NCBI GenBank assembly: GCA_903951445.1
Contig: CAJBBZ010000191.1
Location: 2,316-66,315, forward strand
Origin: an uncultured beta proteobacterium
GTDB lineage: Bacteria > Pseudomonadota > Gammaproteobacteria > Burkholderiales > Burkholderiaceae_C
Reading direction: 5' to 3'
DNA: 64,000 bases
How positions within the stretch are numbered: the stretch's first letter is position 1; every line of letters starts with the position of its first letter. This document shows, piece after piece, positions 29,017-38,467 of the stretch. The notes beneath the pieces are model-generated. The model worked only from the letters and a program-made list of their open reading frames with translations, searched no databases and had not been told where the DNA came from. The position numbers were made by a program, and so were the translations under genes.

Positions 29017-31194
29017 ATGACAGCTAAGGACACTTTGCAAAACCCCAATTCCGTCATTGCGAACGCAGCGACGCAATCCAGCGTTTTTGGTACATCAGGC
29101 GCTGCCGGGGTGCTGCGTCGCTTCACGCCCCCAGTGCCATGCACTTTTTTTGGTTTGATCGCCGTCATCGGCCTGTTGCTGGGTGCTGTGTGTCTGGCAC
29201 CTGCGCAGGCGCAGTCGGCAGTGCCGGCAGCCTCTGTCGCCAAGGCAGAAACAGTGCACAAACGCGGCGACCACATCACCCTCAATTTCAACGCCGCTGA
29301 TATCGAGGCCGTAGCCCGCACCATGGGCGTGATCTCAGGTATGAATGTGGTGGTCGATCCGCGCGTCAAAGGCCAGATCACTTTGGTCAGCGAAAAATCG
29401 GTTAGCCCGCAGGTGGCGATGGCGCAATTCCTGACCAGTTTGCGCATGCAGGGCTTTACCATGGTGGAGTCGGCGGGCTTGTTCAAAGTGGTGCCCGAGG
29501 CTGATGCCAAGCTGCAAAGCGCAGCGGTAGAAACGAATGAGAGCGCGCCCAAAGGCGCACCCGGCGCGCAAATTGCCACGCAGATCTTTAAGCTCAATTT
29601 TGAGTCGGCCAACAACCTGGTCACCATACTGCGCCCGCTGATCAGCCCCAACAACACCATCAACGCCAACCCAGTGAACAACTCGCTGGTGATTACCGAC
29701 TACGCGGACAATTTGCGCCGTATTGCGCGCATCATTACTGCGCTCGATGTCAGCAATGCCACGGATGTAGAAGTGATTGAACTGAAGAATGCCATCGCGG
29801 TGGATTTGGCCCCCTTGGTGACGCGCTTGTTGGAGTCTGGCGGCGTAGCCGGTGCGGCGCCTGGTGGTGTGGCCGATGGCGGCTTTAAGAACACGGTGAT
29901 TGCCGAAGCGCGCAGCAATTCGCTGCTGGTGCGTGCGGCCAATGGGGCGCGCCTGGCGCAAATTAAATCGCTGGTAGAAAAGCTGGACCGCGCCTCCAAC
30001 CAGGGCAATGGCGAGGCCGGTGTTTTGCGCGTTGTCAGCCTCAAAAATGCCGATGCCACCAAGCTGGCCGCCACACTGCGTGCTGCCATGGGCGCGGGCG
30101 GCGTCGGCGCGCAAGCCACGCCTGCTGCGGGCGGCGCGCCAGGCCAGGCGAGCGCCCCGGCCACCACCACTGGCGGCCAGGTGCAGGCCGATGTGGCCAC
30201 CAACTCGCTGATCATCACCGCGCCAGACCCGCAATACCGCCAGTTGCGCGAAGTGATTGACATGCTGGACGGGCGCCGCGCCCAAGTGTTTATCGAAAGC
30301 CTGATCGCCGAAGTGAGCTCCGACAAAGCGGCGGACTTTGGCGTGCAGTGGCAGGGCGCTTTGGGGAAAGTGGGCGATGGCACGGTAGGGGTTCTGGGTA
30401 CCAACTTCGGCTCCGGCGGCGCCAATATCATTGGTTTGTCCACGGGCGCTGCCACAGGTACTGCGATACCCAAACCGGGCCTGAACATCGGCATTGCCAC
30501 GCAGTACGACGGTAAATATGTGCTGGGCGCACTGGCGCGTTTTCTGGAAACTTCGGGCTCGGGCAATGTGCTGTCAACGCCTAATTTGCTGACGCTGGAC
30601 AATGAAGAGGCCAAAATCGTGATCGCGCAAAACGTGCCCTTTGTCACCGGCCAATTTACCAACACCGGCACCGGCAATGGCGCGGTCAACCCCTTCCAAA
30701 CCATTGAGCGTAAAGACGTCGGCTTGACGCTCAAAGTCAAGCCGCAAATCAGTGCTAATGGCACTGTCAAGCTGACGATTTACCAGGAAGTCTCGTCGGT
30801 GGACACCAGCGCGGCCTCCAGCTCCAGCTCCACCGGCCCCACGACCAATAAGCGCACCATCGAATCCAATGTGCTGGTCGATGACGGCTCGGTGGTGGTG
30901 CTAGGCGGTTTGCTACAAGACAACTTCACGGGCAACACCGACAAAATTCCGGGCCTGGGTGACTTGCCCTTTTTCGGCAGCTTGTTCAAGAGCAATTCGC
31001 GCAGTCGCAAAAAATCGAACCTGATGGTGTTTTTGCGGCCTGTGGTGGTGCGCGATGCCGCGTCCAGCGACCGCTTGTCCATGGAGCGCTACGAGCAAAT
31101 GTTGGGTGGTATGAAAGAAGCGCAACCCGCGCCCAGCCAAACCACGCCCATCAACGAAGGCCCGGTACTGCCCGCGTTGCCTGCTAAAAACTGA
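29017..31194 (+). CDS. gspD: Type II secretion outer-membrane secretin GspD
   Basis: 725 aa. N0-N3-type repeats and a secretin C-domain with IPGLGDLPFFGSLFKS. Confidence 0.93.
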   Translation: MTAKDTLQNPNSVIANAATQSSVFGTSGAAGVLRRFTPPVPCTFFGLIAVIGLLLGAVCLAPAQAQSAVPAASVAKAETVHKRGDHITLNFNAADIEAVARTMGVISGMNVVVDPRVKGQITLVSEKSVSPQVAMAQFLTSLRMQGFTMVESAGLFKVVPEADAKLQSAAVETNESAPKGAPGAQIATQIFKLNFESANNLVTILRPLISPNNTINANPVNNSLVITDYADNLRRIARIITALDVSNATDVEVIELKNAIAVDLAPLVTRLLESGGVAGAAPGGVADGGFKNTVIAEARSNSLLVRAANGARLAQIKSLVEKLDRASNQGNGEAGVLRVVSLKNADATKLAATLRAAMGAGGVGAQATPAAGGAPGQASAPATTTGGQVQADVATNSLIITAPDPQYRQLREVIDMLDGRRAQVFIESLIAEVSSDKAADFGVQWQGALGKVGDGTVGVLGTNFGSGGANIIGLSTGAATGTAIPKPGLNIGIATQYDGKYVLGALARFLETSGSGNVLSTPNLLTLDNEEAKIVIAQNVPFVTGQFTNTGTGNGAVNPFQTIERKDVGLTLKVKPQISANGTVKLTIYQEVSSVDTSAASSSSSTGPTTNKRTIESNVLVDDGSVVVLGGLLQDNFTGNTDKIPGLGDLPFFGSLFKSNSRSRKKSNLMVFLRPVVVRDAASSDRLSMERYEQMLGGMKEAQPAPSQTTPINEGPVLPALPAKN

Positions 31195-31195
31195 C

Positions 31196-32584
31196 ATGCG
31201 CTACCCCCTGCCTTATGCGTTTGCGCGCACCCAGCAAGTACTGCTGGAGGATGCGGGCGATCAGCTTACGCTGCATGTGCATGCCGCCTCGCTGCCCGGC
31301 GGCTTGAGCGAGGTGATGCGCAAATACCCGGTGGTGTCGGTGCAAACCCATAGCGCGCCCGACCTGGTGCAGCGCATCAGCGCCGCCTATGCCCAAGGCG
31401 AATCCAGCGCTGCGGCGGTGGTGAGCGAAGTGGAGGGCGAGGCCGATCTCACGCGCATGATGCAAGACTTGCCGGCTATCGAAGATTTGCTGGAAACCTC
31501 GGACGATGCGCCCATCATCCGCATGCTCAATGCCTTGCTCACCCAGGCCGCGCGCGATGGCGCCAGCGACATCCATATCGAAGCCTTTGAGCGCCATTCG
31601 GTGGTGCGCTTTCGGGTCGATGGCAATTTGCGCGAAGTGGTGCAGCCCAACCGGGCGCTGCACGCGGCGCTCATCTCGCGCCTCAAAATCATGGCCGAGC
31701 TGGACATTGCCGAGCGCCGCTTGCCGCAAGACGGGCGTATCTCGCTGCGCATCGGCACGCGCGCAGTCGATGTGCGCGTCAGCACTTTGCCCAGCGCCCA
31801 CGGCGAGCGCGCGGTGCTGCGCTTGTTGGACAAAAGCGAGAGCAAACTCAGCCTCGAATCGGTGGGCATGCAAGGTGATGTGCTGGCGCGTTTTAGCCAC
31901 TTGCTGTCGCAGCCGCACGGCATTATTTTGGTGACTGGCCCCACCGGCTCGGGCAAGACGACTACGCTGTACGCCGGTTTGCAACGCCTCGATACCCAAG
32001 GCAGCAACATCATGACGGTGGAAGACCCGATTGAATACGAGCTCCCCGGCGTGGGCCAGACCCAGGTCAACGCCAAGATTGATCTGACTTTTGCCAAAGC
32101 CCTGCGCGCCATCTTGCGCCAGGACCCGGACGTGATCATGATCGGTGAGATCCGCGATTTTGAAACCGCGCAAATTGCGATTCAAGCCTCGCTCACTGGG
32201 CACTTGGTGCTGGCGACTTTGCACACCAACGATGCCGCCAGCGCCGTCACCCGCCTCACCGATATGGGCGTGGAGCCTTTTCTGCTGAGTTCCTCGCTGC
32301 TGGGCGTGCTGGCGCAGCGCCTGGTGCGCAAGCGCTGCACCGCGTGTGACGGTGCGGGTTGCGCCACTTGCGGCCACACCGGCTACGCCGGGCGCACCGG
32401 CGTGTTTGAGCTGCTGCTCACCGACGACGCTATCCGCGCGCAAATTCACAGCCAAGCCTCCGAGGCCGATATCCGCCAAGCGGCATTGGCCAGCGGCATG
32501 GTGCTGATGCGCGAAGACGGGCAACGCCTGGTCGATACCGGCATCACCACGCGCGAAGAGTTGCTGCGCGTGACGCGCGACTAA
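31196..32584 (+). CDS. gspE: Type II secretion ATPase GspE
   Basis: Walker A GPTGSGKTTTLYA, Asp/His boxes, and tetracysteine motif CTACDGAGCATCGHTG. Confidence 0.95.
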   Translation: MRYPLPYAFARTQQVLLEDAGDQLTLHVHAASLPGGLSEVMRKYPVVSVQTHSAPDLVQRISAAYAQGESSAAAVVSEVEGEADLTRMMQDLPAIEDLLETSDDAPIIRMLNALLTQAARDGASDIHIEAFERHSVVRFRVDGNLREVVQPNRALHAALISRLKIMAELDIAERRLPQDGRISLRIGTRAVDVRVSTLPSAHGERAVLRLLDKSESKLSLESVGMQGDVLARFSHLLSQPHGIILVTGPTGSGKTTTLYAGLQRLDTQGSNIMTVEDPIEYELPGVGQTQVNAKIDLTFAKALRAILRQDPDVIMIGEIRDFETAQIAIQASLTGHLVLATLHTNDAASAVTRLTDMGVEPFLLSSSLLGVLAQRLVRKRCTACDGAGCATCGHTGYAGRTGVFELLLTDDAIRAQIHSQASEADIRQAALASGMVLMREDGQRLVDTGITTREELLRVTRD

Positions 32585-32633
32585 ACGCGGGCTACACCGC
32601 GCCAGCGTACCCCTAGCGAATTACCTGTCCACC

Positions 32634-33848
32634 ATGCCCGCCTACGCTTTTGAAGCCCTCAGCGCCGACGGCAAAACCCGCAAGGGCACGCTAGAGGCGG
32701 ATTCGGCCAAGTCGGCCCGTACCCAGTTACGCACACAGGGCTTAGTACCGCTGAGCGTTGAGGCGGTACAAGCGGCCAAGGCTGGCAGCGCCGGAGCCCT
32801 GTTTACGCGCCGCGTGTTTGGTTCGCAAGCCCTCTCGGTGTGGACGCGGCAATTGGCCGGTTTGGTGGTTTCGGGCCTGCCGCTGGAGCGCGCACTGGCC
32901 TCACTGAGCAGCGAAGCCGAAAGCGATGCCGAGCGCAATTTGGTGGCCGATTTGCGTGCCGAGGTCAACAGCGGCAGCACCTTTGCGCGCGCGCTGGCGC
33001 AGCACCCGCGCGAGTTTTCGGTGATTTACGTGGCGGTGGTCGGCGCAGGTGAGCAAAGCGGTAATTTGGGGCTGGTACTGGAGCATTTGGCGCAAGACCT
33101 GGAAGACCAGCAAGTGCTCAACGCCAAGCTCTTGGGCGCGGCTTTGTACCCGGCCATCGTCAGTCTGGTGGCGCTGGCCATCGTCTTGTTTTTGGTCACC
33201 TATGTGGTGCCGCAAGTGGCCAGCGTGTTTGCTGGAAGCAAACGCGCGCTGCCTTTTTTAACCGTGCTGATGCTGGGCTTTAGCGATGTGGTGCGCAGCT
33301 ATGGCTGGCTAATGCTGAGCGCCGTGGTGGCGGGTATCGCGGGTGCGCGTTGGGCGCTGCGCGCGCCCGAATTGCGTTACCGTTTTGATGCGGCCTGGCT
33401 GGGTCTGCCCATCATCGGGCGGCTGTCGCGCAGCTATAACGCGGCGCGCTTTGCCAGCACGCTGGCCATGCTGGCAGCCGCTGGGGTGCCGATTCTTAAG
33501 GCCTTGCAAGCGGCTTCTGACACCCTGAGCAACCAGGCTATGCGCCGCGATGCGCAAGACGCTTTGGTGGCCGTGCGCGAAGGTGCTCCGCTGGCTTCGG
33601 CCTTGGCCCAGAAAAAACGCTTTCCCGGTTTGTTGTCGATGTTTGCGCGCCTGGGCGAGCAAACCGGTCAACTGCCCCTGATGCTGCAACGCGCCTCCAG
33701 CCAGCTGAGCAGCGAAGTACAACGCCGCGCCATGCAACTAGCCACGCTGCTCGAGCCCTTGCTCATCGTGTTTATGGGCCTGGTCGTGATGCTGATCGTG
33801 CTAGCCGTCTTGCTGCCCATCATCCAGATGAACCAGCTGGTTCGTTAG
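32634..33848 (+). CDS. gspF: Type II secretion inner-membrane protein GspF
   Basis: 404 aa. Duplicated GspF/PilC-type cytoplasmic domains with three TM segments. Confidence 0.92.
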   Translation: MPAYAFEALSADGKTRKGTLEADSAKSARTQLRTQGLVPLSVEAVQAAKAGSAGALFTRRVFGSQALSVWTRQLAGLVVSGLPLERALASLSSEAESDAERNLVADLRAEVNSGSTFARALAQHPREFSVIYVAVVGAGEQSGNLGLVLEHLAQDLEDQQVLNAKLLGAALYPAIVSLVALAIVLFLVTYVVPQVASVFAGSKRALPFLTVLMLGFSDVVRSYGWLMLSAVVAGIAGARWALRAPELRYRFDAAWLGLPIIGRLSRSYNAARFASTLAMLAAAGVPILKALQAASDTLSNQAMRRDAQDALVAVREGAPLASALAQKKRFPGLLSMFARLGEQTGQLPLMLQRASSQLSSEVQRRAMQLATLLEPLLIVFMGLVVMLIVLAVLLPIIQMNQLVR

Positions 33849-33932
33849 GGGGCGCCAGCAACTTGCAGTTTGCAGGCGCCTAGGTGATCCAAAAAAACTC
33901 GCCATTGCTGTGCCCCATGCATTTGGGCCGTC

Positions 33933-33970
33933 ATTGCGAGGCCGCAGGCCGTGGCAATCCAGGGCTTTTT
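33933..33970 (+). terminator. Hairpin plus T-run downstream of gspF (between convergent gspF and rpe)
   Basis: ATTGC..GGCC-gca-GGCC..GCAAT stem with an internal loop, followed after 7 nt by TTTTT. A second imperfect 11-bp stem at 33851-33880 lacks a T-run. Confidence 0.4.
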
Positions 33971-33987
33971 GATCTTAGGTGATAGAT

Positions 33988-34665
33988 TTAAGCAGCTAAC
34001 GCGCTGCGCATTTGGTCGATAACCGCTTTGTAGTCCGGCTTGCCAAAGATCGCGCTGCCGGCCACAAAAGTGTCGGCCCCGGCGTCGGCCACGCGCCGAA
34101 TGTTGTCGGTCTTGATGCCGCCATCAACTTCCAGGCGAATGTCTTTGCCGCAGGCATCTATGCGCTTGCGCACATCGGCAATTTTGCGCAGCGCCGAATC
34201 GATAAAGCTTTGCCCACCAAAGCCGGGGTTCACGCTCATGATCAGAATCAAATCGATGTCATCGATCACCCAGTCCAGCACATCCAGCGGTTCGGCCGGG
34301 TTGAACACCAGCCCGGCTTTCACGCCTTTGGCTTTGAGCGCCTGGATGCTGCGGTGCACATGGCCCGATGCGTCTGGGTGAAAGCTGACCAAGTCGGCCC
34401 CCGCATCGGCAAAAGCGGCGGCCAGTGCATCGACCGGCGAAATCATCAGGTGCACGTCAATCGGTATCGGCGCGCCTGCTGCCGTGTGTGCATGTGGCTT
34501 GAGCGCCTGGCAAATCATGGGGCCGAAAGTGAGGTTGGGCACGTAATGGTTGTCCATTACGTCAAAGTGGATCCAGTCGGCACCGGCGGCGATCACGCTT
34601 TTTACTTCCTCGCCCAGGCGGGCAAAGTCGGCGGACAAAATCGAGGGGGCAATGCGGAAATTCAT
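33988..34665 (-). CDS. rpe: Ribulose-phosphate 3-epimerase
   Basis: 225 aa. [21 protein letters not shown]..., [28 protein letters not shown]. Confidence 0.95.
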   Translation of the reverse strand: MNFRIAPSILSADFARLGEEVKSVIAAGADWIHFDVMDNHYVPNLTFGPMICQALKPHAHTAAGAPIPIDVHLMISPVDALAAAFADAGADLVSFHPDASGHVHRSIQALKAKGVKAGLVFNPAEPLDVLDWVIDDIDLILIMSVNPGFGGQSFIDSALRKIADVRKRIDACGKDIRLEVDGGIKTDNIRRVADAGADTFVAGSAIFGKPDYKAVIDQMRSALAA

Positions 34666-34751
34666 GGTGACAGTCGCTTATGCTTTGAAAAGTGGGGTTT
34701 ATTCATTCGCTGAGGCCAAAGATACCCGATTTTGCGCGTTAGCATCCGGCC

Positions 34752-35162
34752 ATGTCCAAAACCAGTTCCGCCTACCAGTTCCGCGTAGAAGTGTTTCCGC
34801 AGTATTTGCCGCAGCAGTCGGCGCCGCAAAACGCTTTGTATGTGTTTGCGTACACCATCACTATCACCAACACCGGCAAGGTGGCAGCGCAGCTCATCTC
34901 GCGCACCTGGAATGTGAACGACGCTAATGGGCATACCGAAAAAGTCAAAGGTTTGGGCGTGATCGGCCAGCAGCCTTTGCTGCAACCGGGCGAAGCCTTT
35001 GAATACACCAGCGGCACGCGGCTGCGTACCCCCACCGGCACCATGCATGGCAGCTTTTTTTGTGTGGCCGAGGACGGCGAAAAATTTGAAGTGGACATTC
35101 CCATTTTTGTGCTCGATGCCCTTAGCGCCGGGCCGGGCAGTGGTGCGCGCACTTTGCATTAA
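34752..35162 (+). CDS. apaG: ApaG protein
   Basis: 136 aa. YVFAYTITITNTG...QLISRTWNVNDANGHTEKVKGLGVIGQQPLLQPGEAFEYTSG is the ApaG/DUF525 pattern. Confidence 0.88.
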   Translation: MSKTSSAYQFRVEVFPQYLPQQSAPQNALYVFAYTITITNTGKVAAQLISRTWNVNDANGHTEKVKGLGVIGQQPLLQPGEAFEYTSGTRLRTPTGTMHGSFFCVAEDGEKFEVDIPIFVLDALSAGPGSGARTLH

Positions 35163-35170
35163 GGCGCGGC

Positions 35171-36202
35171 GTGCCGGGCGAGTTTGAACTGATAGCGCGC
35201 TATTTCACGCGCCCCGCGCGCCACGCCGTGTTGGGCGTAGGCGACGATTGCGCACTGCTGCAAACCGCGCCGGGCATGCAGCTAGCTATTTCCACCGACA
35301 TGCTGGTTGCAGGCCGGCATTTTTTTGCGGATGTGAATCCTTATTTGCTGGGCCATAAATGCCTGGCTGTCAACTTGAGTGATTTAGCCGCCTGCGGCGC
35401 CCGCCCGCTGGCTTTTAGCTTGGCGCTGGCATTGCCGAATGCAGACGATGCCTGGCTGGAGCCATTTTCTAAAGGCCTATTGGCGCTGGCCGATGCACAT
35501 GGTTGCGAACTGATCGGCGGCGATACCACGCGCGGGCCCTTAACGATTTGCATCACCGTGTATGGCGAAGTGCCTGCCGATGCTGCGGCGCGGCCCGTGC
35601 CCACGCAGGCTTTGCTGCGCAGCGGCGCGCTACCGGGCGATGATGTTTATGTCAGCGGCACGGTAGGGGATGCTGCGCTGGCCTTGCTGGCTTTGCAGGG
35701 CCGCCTTGCATTACCCGCCGCCTTGTTGCAAGCTGCGCGTGCCCGCATGGAGCAACCCACACCGCGCGTGGCGCTGGGGCTGGCCTTGCGCGGCATCGCC
35801 AGCGCCTGCGCCGACATCAGCGATGGCTTGCTGGGCGACTTGGGCCATATCCTGGAGCGCTCGCACTGCGGCGCGCGGGTGGATGTGGACAAGGTCTTGC
35901 CGCTACTGGCTGCACGCCAGGCCTATGCCGGTGGCGCAGCGCAATTCGACAATGCCTACGGCGCACGCACTGCGCTGCAATGCGTGCTGGCCGGGGGCGA
36001 TGATTACGAGCTGGTGTTTACCGCACCGCCAGCGCAGCGCAGCGTTTTGGCTGCGCTCTCGGACACGCTGGAACTGCCACTCACCCGTATCGCTACCATA
36101 GAGGCCGCGCCGGGCTTGCGATTGGTCGATGACCAGGGCCATGCAGTGGCTCACGATTTCGCCTCGTTTGACCATTTCGCAGCTACCGGTGGATTGCTAT
36201 AA
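35171..36202 (+). CDS. thiL: Thiamine-monophosphate kinase
   Basis: GTG start. GEFELIARYF, GDDCALL and AIR-synthase-like fold motifs (GGDTTRGPL). Confidence 0.88.
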   Translation: MPGEFELIARYFTRPARHAVLGVGDDCALLQTAPGMQLAISTDMLVAGRHFFADVNPYLLGHKCLAVNLSDLAACGARPLAFSLALALPNADDAWLEPFSKGLLALADAHGCELIGGDTTRGPLTICITVYGEVPADAAARPVPTQALLRSGALPGDDVYVSGTVGDAALALLALQGRLALPAALLQAARARMEQPTPRVALGLALRGIASACADISDGLLGDLGHILERSHCGARVDVDKVLPLLAARQAYAGGAAQFDNAYGARTALQCVLAGGDDYELVFTAPPAQRSVLAALSDTLELPLTRIATIEAAPGLRLVDDQGHAVAHDFASFDHFAATGGLL

Positions 36203-36223
36203 ACATTGTTGGAAGGAAACACC

Positions 36224-36715
36224 ATGTCCAAGCCATTTCGAATTTCGCATAGTTTCAAAGTCTCGCGCGACACCTTGTGGGCGGTTTATACCCAGCCCGA
36301 GCATTTGACCAAATGGTTCGGGCCGCAAGGCTTCACCATGCCGGCCTACGACATGGAGTTTCGGGTGGGCGGTGTGTTTTTGCATGCGCTGCAAGCCCCC
36401 GATGGCACGCAAATGTGGGGTAAGTGGGAGTTTTTGGGCATCGATGCGCCCCGGCGCCTATCGGTGATACAGCATTTTTCTGACCAAGCCGGTGGTGTAA
36501 CCCGCCACCCCATGTCGCCGGGCTGGCCGCTGCGCACCATGGCCAACACCACCTTAAGCGAAGAAGGCAGCGGCAGCAGCTTGCAACTGGAATGGCTTCC
36601 CTTTGAAGCCACGCCCGAAGAAACAGCGACTTTTGACGCCAACCACGAGAGCATGCAGCAAGGTTGGAGCGGTACTTTTGCGCAGCTAGAGGCTTACTTG
36701 GCCGCCTTGCCCTAA
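36224..36715 (+). CDS. SRPBCC/AHSA1-domain protein
   Basis: ATG at 36224 follows GGAAGGA. The TKWFGPQGFT...MWGKWEFLGIDAP pattern is typical of Aha1-like SRPBCC proteins. Confidence 0.7.
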   Translation: MSKPFRISHSFKVSRDTLWAVYTQPEHLTKWFGPQGFTMPAYDMEFRVGGVFLHALQAPDGTQMWGKWEFLGIDAPRRLSVIQHFSDQAGGVTRHPMSPGWPLRTMANTTLSEEGSGSSLQLEWLPFEATPEETATFDANHESMQQGWSGTFAQLEAYLAALP

Positions 36716-36745
36716 GCGCCAAACCGAAGGCCCGTGTCTTAGCCC

Positions 36746-37315
36746 ATGCCCGCACCTGAAACGTTGTACCCCACGGGCGCGGGCGCCAGCCGCTTTGCAG
36801 CGCGGCCTACCCCGGCCTTTATGTTGTCGCACCCAGCCCATGTATTTGCGCTGGGCTTTGGTTCCGGCCTGTCGCGTATCGCACCGGGCACCAGCGGCAC
36901 GCTCTGGGCCTGGCTCACGTTTTGGTGCCTTACGCCCTGGATGAGCGACGCGCTGTGGGGCTACACCCTGCTGGCCTCCACGCTGCTGGGTTGGTGGGCA
37001 TGCGCCGTCACCGCGCGCAATATGGGCGTGCTGGACCCCGGCTGCATTGTGTGGGACGAGGTAGTGGCCTTTTGGTTGGTGCTCTGGCTACTGATGCCAG
37101 CGAGCTTTGCGCAGCAGGCCGCGGCGTTTTTGCTGTTTCGTTTTTTTGATGCGGTCAAACCTGGCCCAGTGGGCTGGGCCGATGCCTTGTTTCATGGCAT
37201 CGATTTGGACAGCGAGCGTTGGCCTTGGGCCAAAGCCGGTTGGGGCATCATGCTTGACGACTTGGTGGCCGCGGGCTGCACTTTGCTTGTAATGGCGGTA
37301 TGGCGCGCCTGGTAG
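36746..37315 (+). CDS. pgpA: Phosphatidylglycerophosphatase A
   Basis: GFGSGLSRIAPGTSGTLWAW..., WDEVVAFW and FRFFDAVKPGPVGWAD motifs. Confidence 0.88.
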   Translation: MPAPETLYPTGAGASRFAARPTPAFMLSHPAHVFALGFGSGLSRIAPGTSGTLWAWLTFWCLTPWMSDALWGYTLLASTLLGWWACAVTARNMGVLDPGCIVWDEVVAFWLVLWLLMPASFAQQAAAFLLFRFFDAVKPGPVGWADALFHGIDLDSERWPWAKAGWGIMLDDLVAAGCTLLVMAVWRAW

Positions 37316-37785
37316 AAGACCTGGCCGCTGCGCTGCTGGCACGCGGCTGGATGCTGGCCACGGCAGAAAGCTGCACTGGCGGCCTGATCGCCGCCGCTTG
37401 TACCGACTTGGCCGGTTCGAGCAATTGGCTAGAGCGCGGCTTTGTCAGCTATTCCAATGCCGCCAAAAGTGAACTGCTGGGTGTTGATGCGGCCTTGATT
37501 GCGCGCCACGGCGCGGTCAGCGAGCCGGTGGCCCGCGCGATGGCCCAAGGCGCTTTGCAACACTCCAAAGCGCAATGCGCGCTGGCTGTCACCGGCATTG
37601 CCGGGCCGGGTGGCGGCAGCGCCGACAAGCCCGTGGGCACCGTCTGGTTTGCATGGGCCACGCCTGATGGCTTGTACAGCGAAATGCAGCGCTTGGATGG
37701 CGACCGCGCCCAAGTGCGCAGCGCTACGGTGCAGCACAGCCTAGCGGTGTTGCTGCGCTTGGTACAAGCGGCGCCTGCGGGCTGA
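37300..37785 (+). CDS. pncC: CinA-family nicotinamide-nucleotide amidohydrolase (PncC-like domain)
   Basis: 161 aa. TAESCTGGLIAAACTDLAGSS, VSYSNAAK, AVTGIAGPGGGSADKPVGTVW. Confidence 0.85.
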   Translation: MARLVEDLAAALLARGWMLATAESCTGGLIAAACTDLAGSSNWLERGFVSYSNAAKSELLGVDAALIARHGAVSEPVARAMAQGALQHSKAQCALAVTGIAGPGGGSADKPVGTVWFAWATPDGLYSEMQRLDGDRAQVRSATVQHSLAVLLRLVQAAPAG

Positions 37786-37828
37786 ATCAGGACTTGCGAA
37801 AGACTCCGCAATACAAAGCACTGAATGC

Positions 37829-38452
37829 ATGAATGACGCACTTGCAGGCTTTGCGACCAGCCTGGCTTTGATTGTGGCCATCGGTTCGCAAAACGCGTTT
37901 GTTTTGCGGCAAGGCATCCTGCGCGAGCATGTGTTGCCGCTGGTGGCTTTTTGCGCGCTGTCGGATGCGCTGCTTATCCTGGTCGGTGTGGCGGGGGGCG
38001 GCGCGCTAGTGCAGCAATACCCGGTGGCTTTGGAAGTAGCGCGTATTGGCGGCGCGCTGTTTTTGGCCGCTTATGCGCTGTTTGCCGCGCGGCGTGCGCT
38101 GCACCCGGCTGCCATGCTGCCGCTCGATGCACCGAGCTTGTCCTTGCCCGCCGCATTAGCGACCTGTTTTGGCTTTACCTTTCTCAACCCGCATGTGTAT
38201 TTAGATACCGTGGTGCTGCTGGGCGCGGTGGCCACGCAGCGCGGCGAGGCCGGGCGCTGGTGGTTTGGGCTGGGCGCGGCCAGTGCCAGCCTGTGCTGGT
38301 TTGCCGCCCTGGGTTTTGGCGCGCGCTTGCTGCGCCCGGTGTTTGCAAGGCCCCTGGCTTGGCGGATGCTGGACGCCGTCATCGCCGTCACCATGGCCAG
38401 TCTGGCGCTGGTGGTATGGTTCGGGCAGGGAGGCGTGCCGCCAGGCGTTTGA
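37829..38452 (+). CDS. LysE/ArgO-family amino-acid exporter
   Basis: 207 aa, six hydrophobic segments. N-terminal GSQNAFVLRQG motif. Confidence 0.82.
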   Translation: MNDALAGFATSLALIVAIGSQNAFVLRQGILREHVLPLVAFCALSDALLILVGVAGGGALVQQYPVALEVARIGGALFLAAYALFAARRALHPAAMLPLDAPSLSLPAALATCFGFTFLNPHVYLDTVVLLGAVATQRGEAGRWWFGLGAASASLCWFAALGFGARLLRPVFARPLAWRMLDAVIAVTMASLALVVWFGQGGVPPGV

Positions 38453-38467
38453 TGAGGAGCCACTGCC

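Noticed and set aside
29335-32524. Long antisense ORFs over gspD and gspE (29335-30285, 29700-30770, 31184-32524, 31387-32139).
   Set aside because: The opposite strand encodes a clear secretin and a clear GspE ATPase. The antisense translations are compositionally biased and motif-free.
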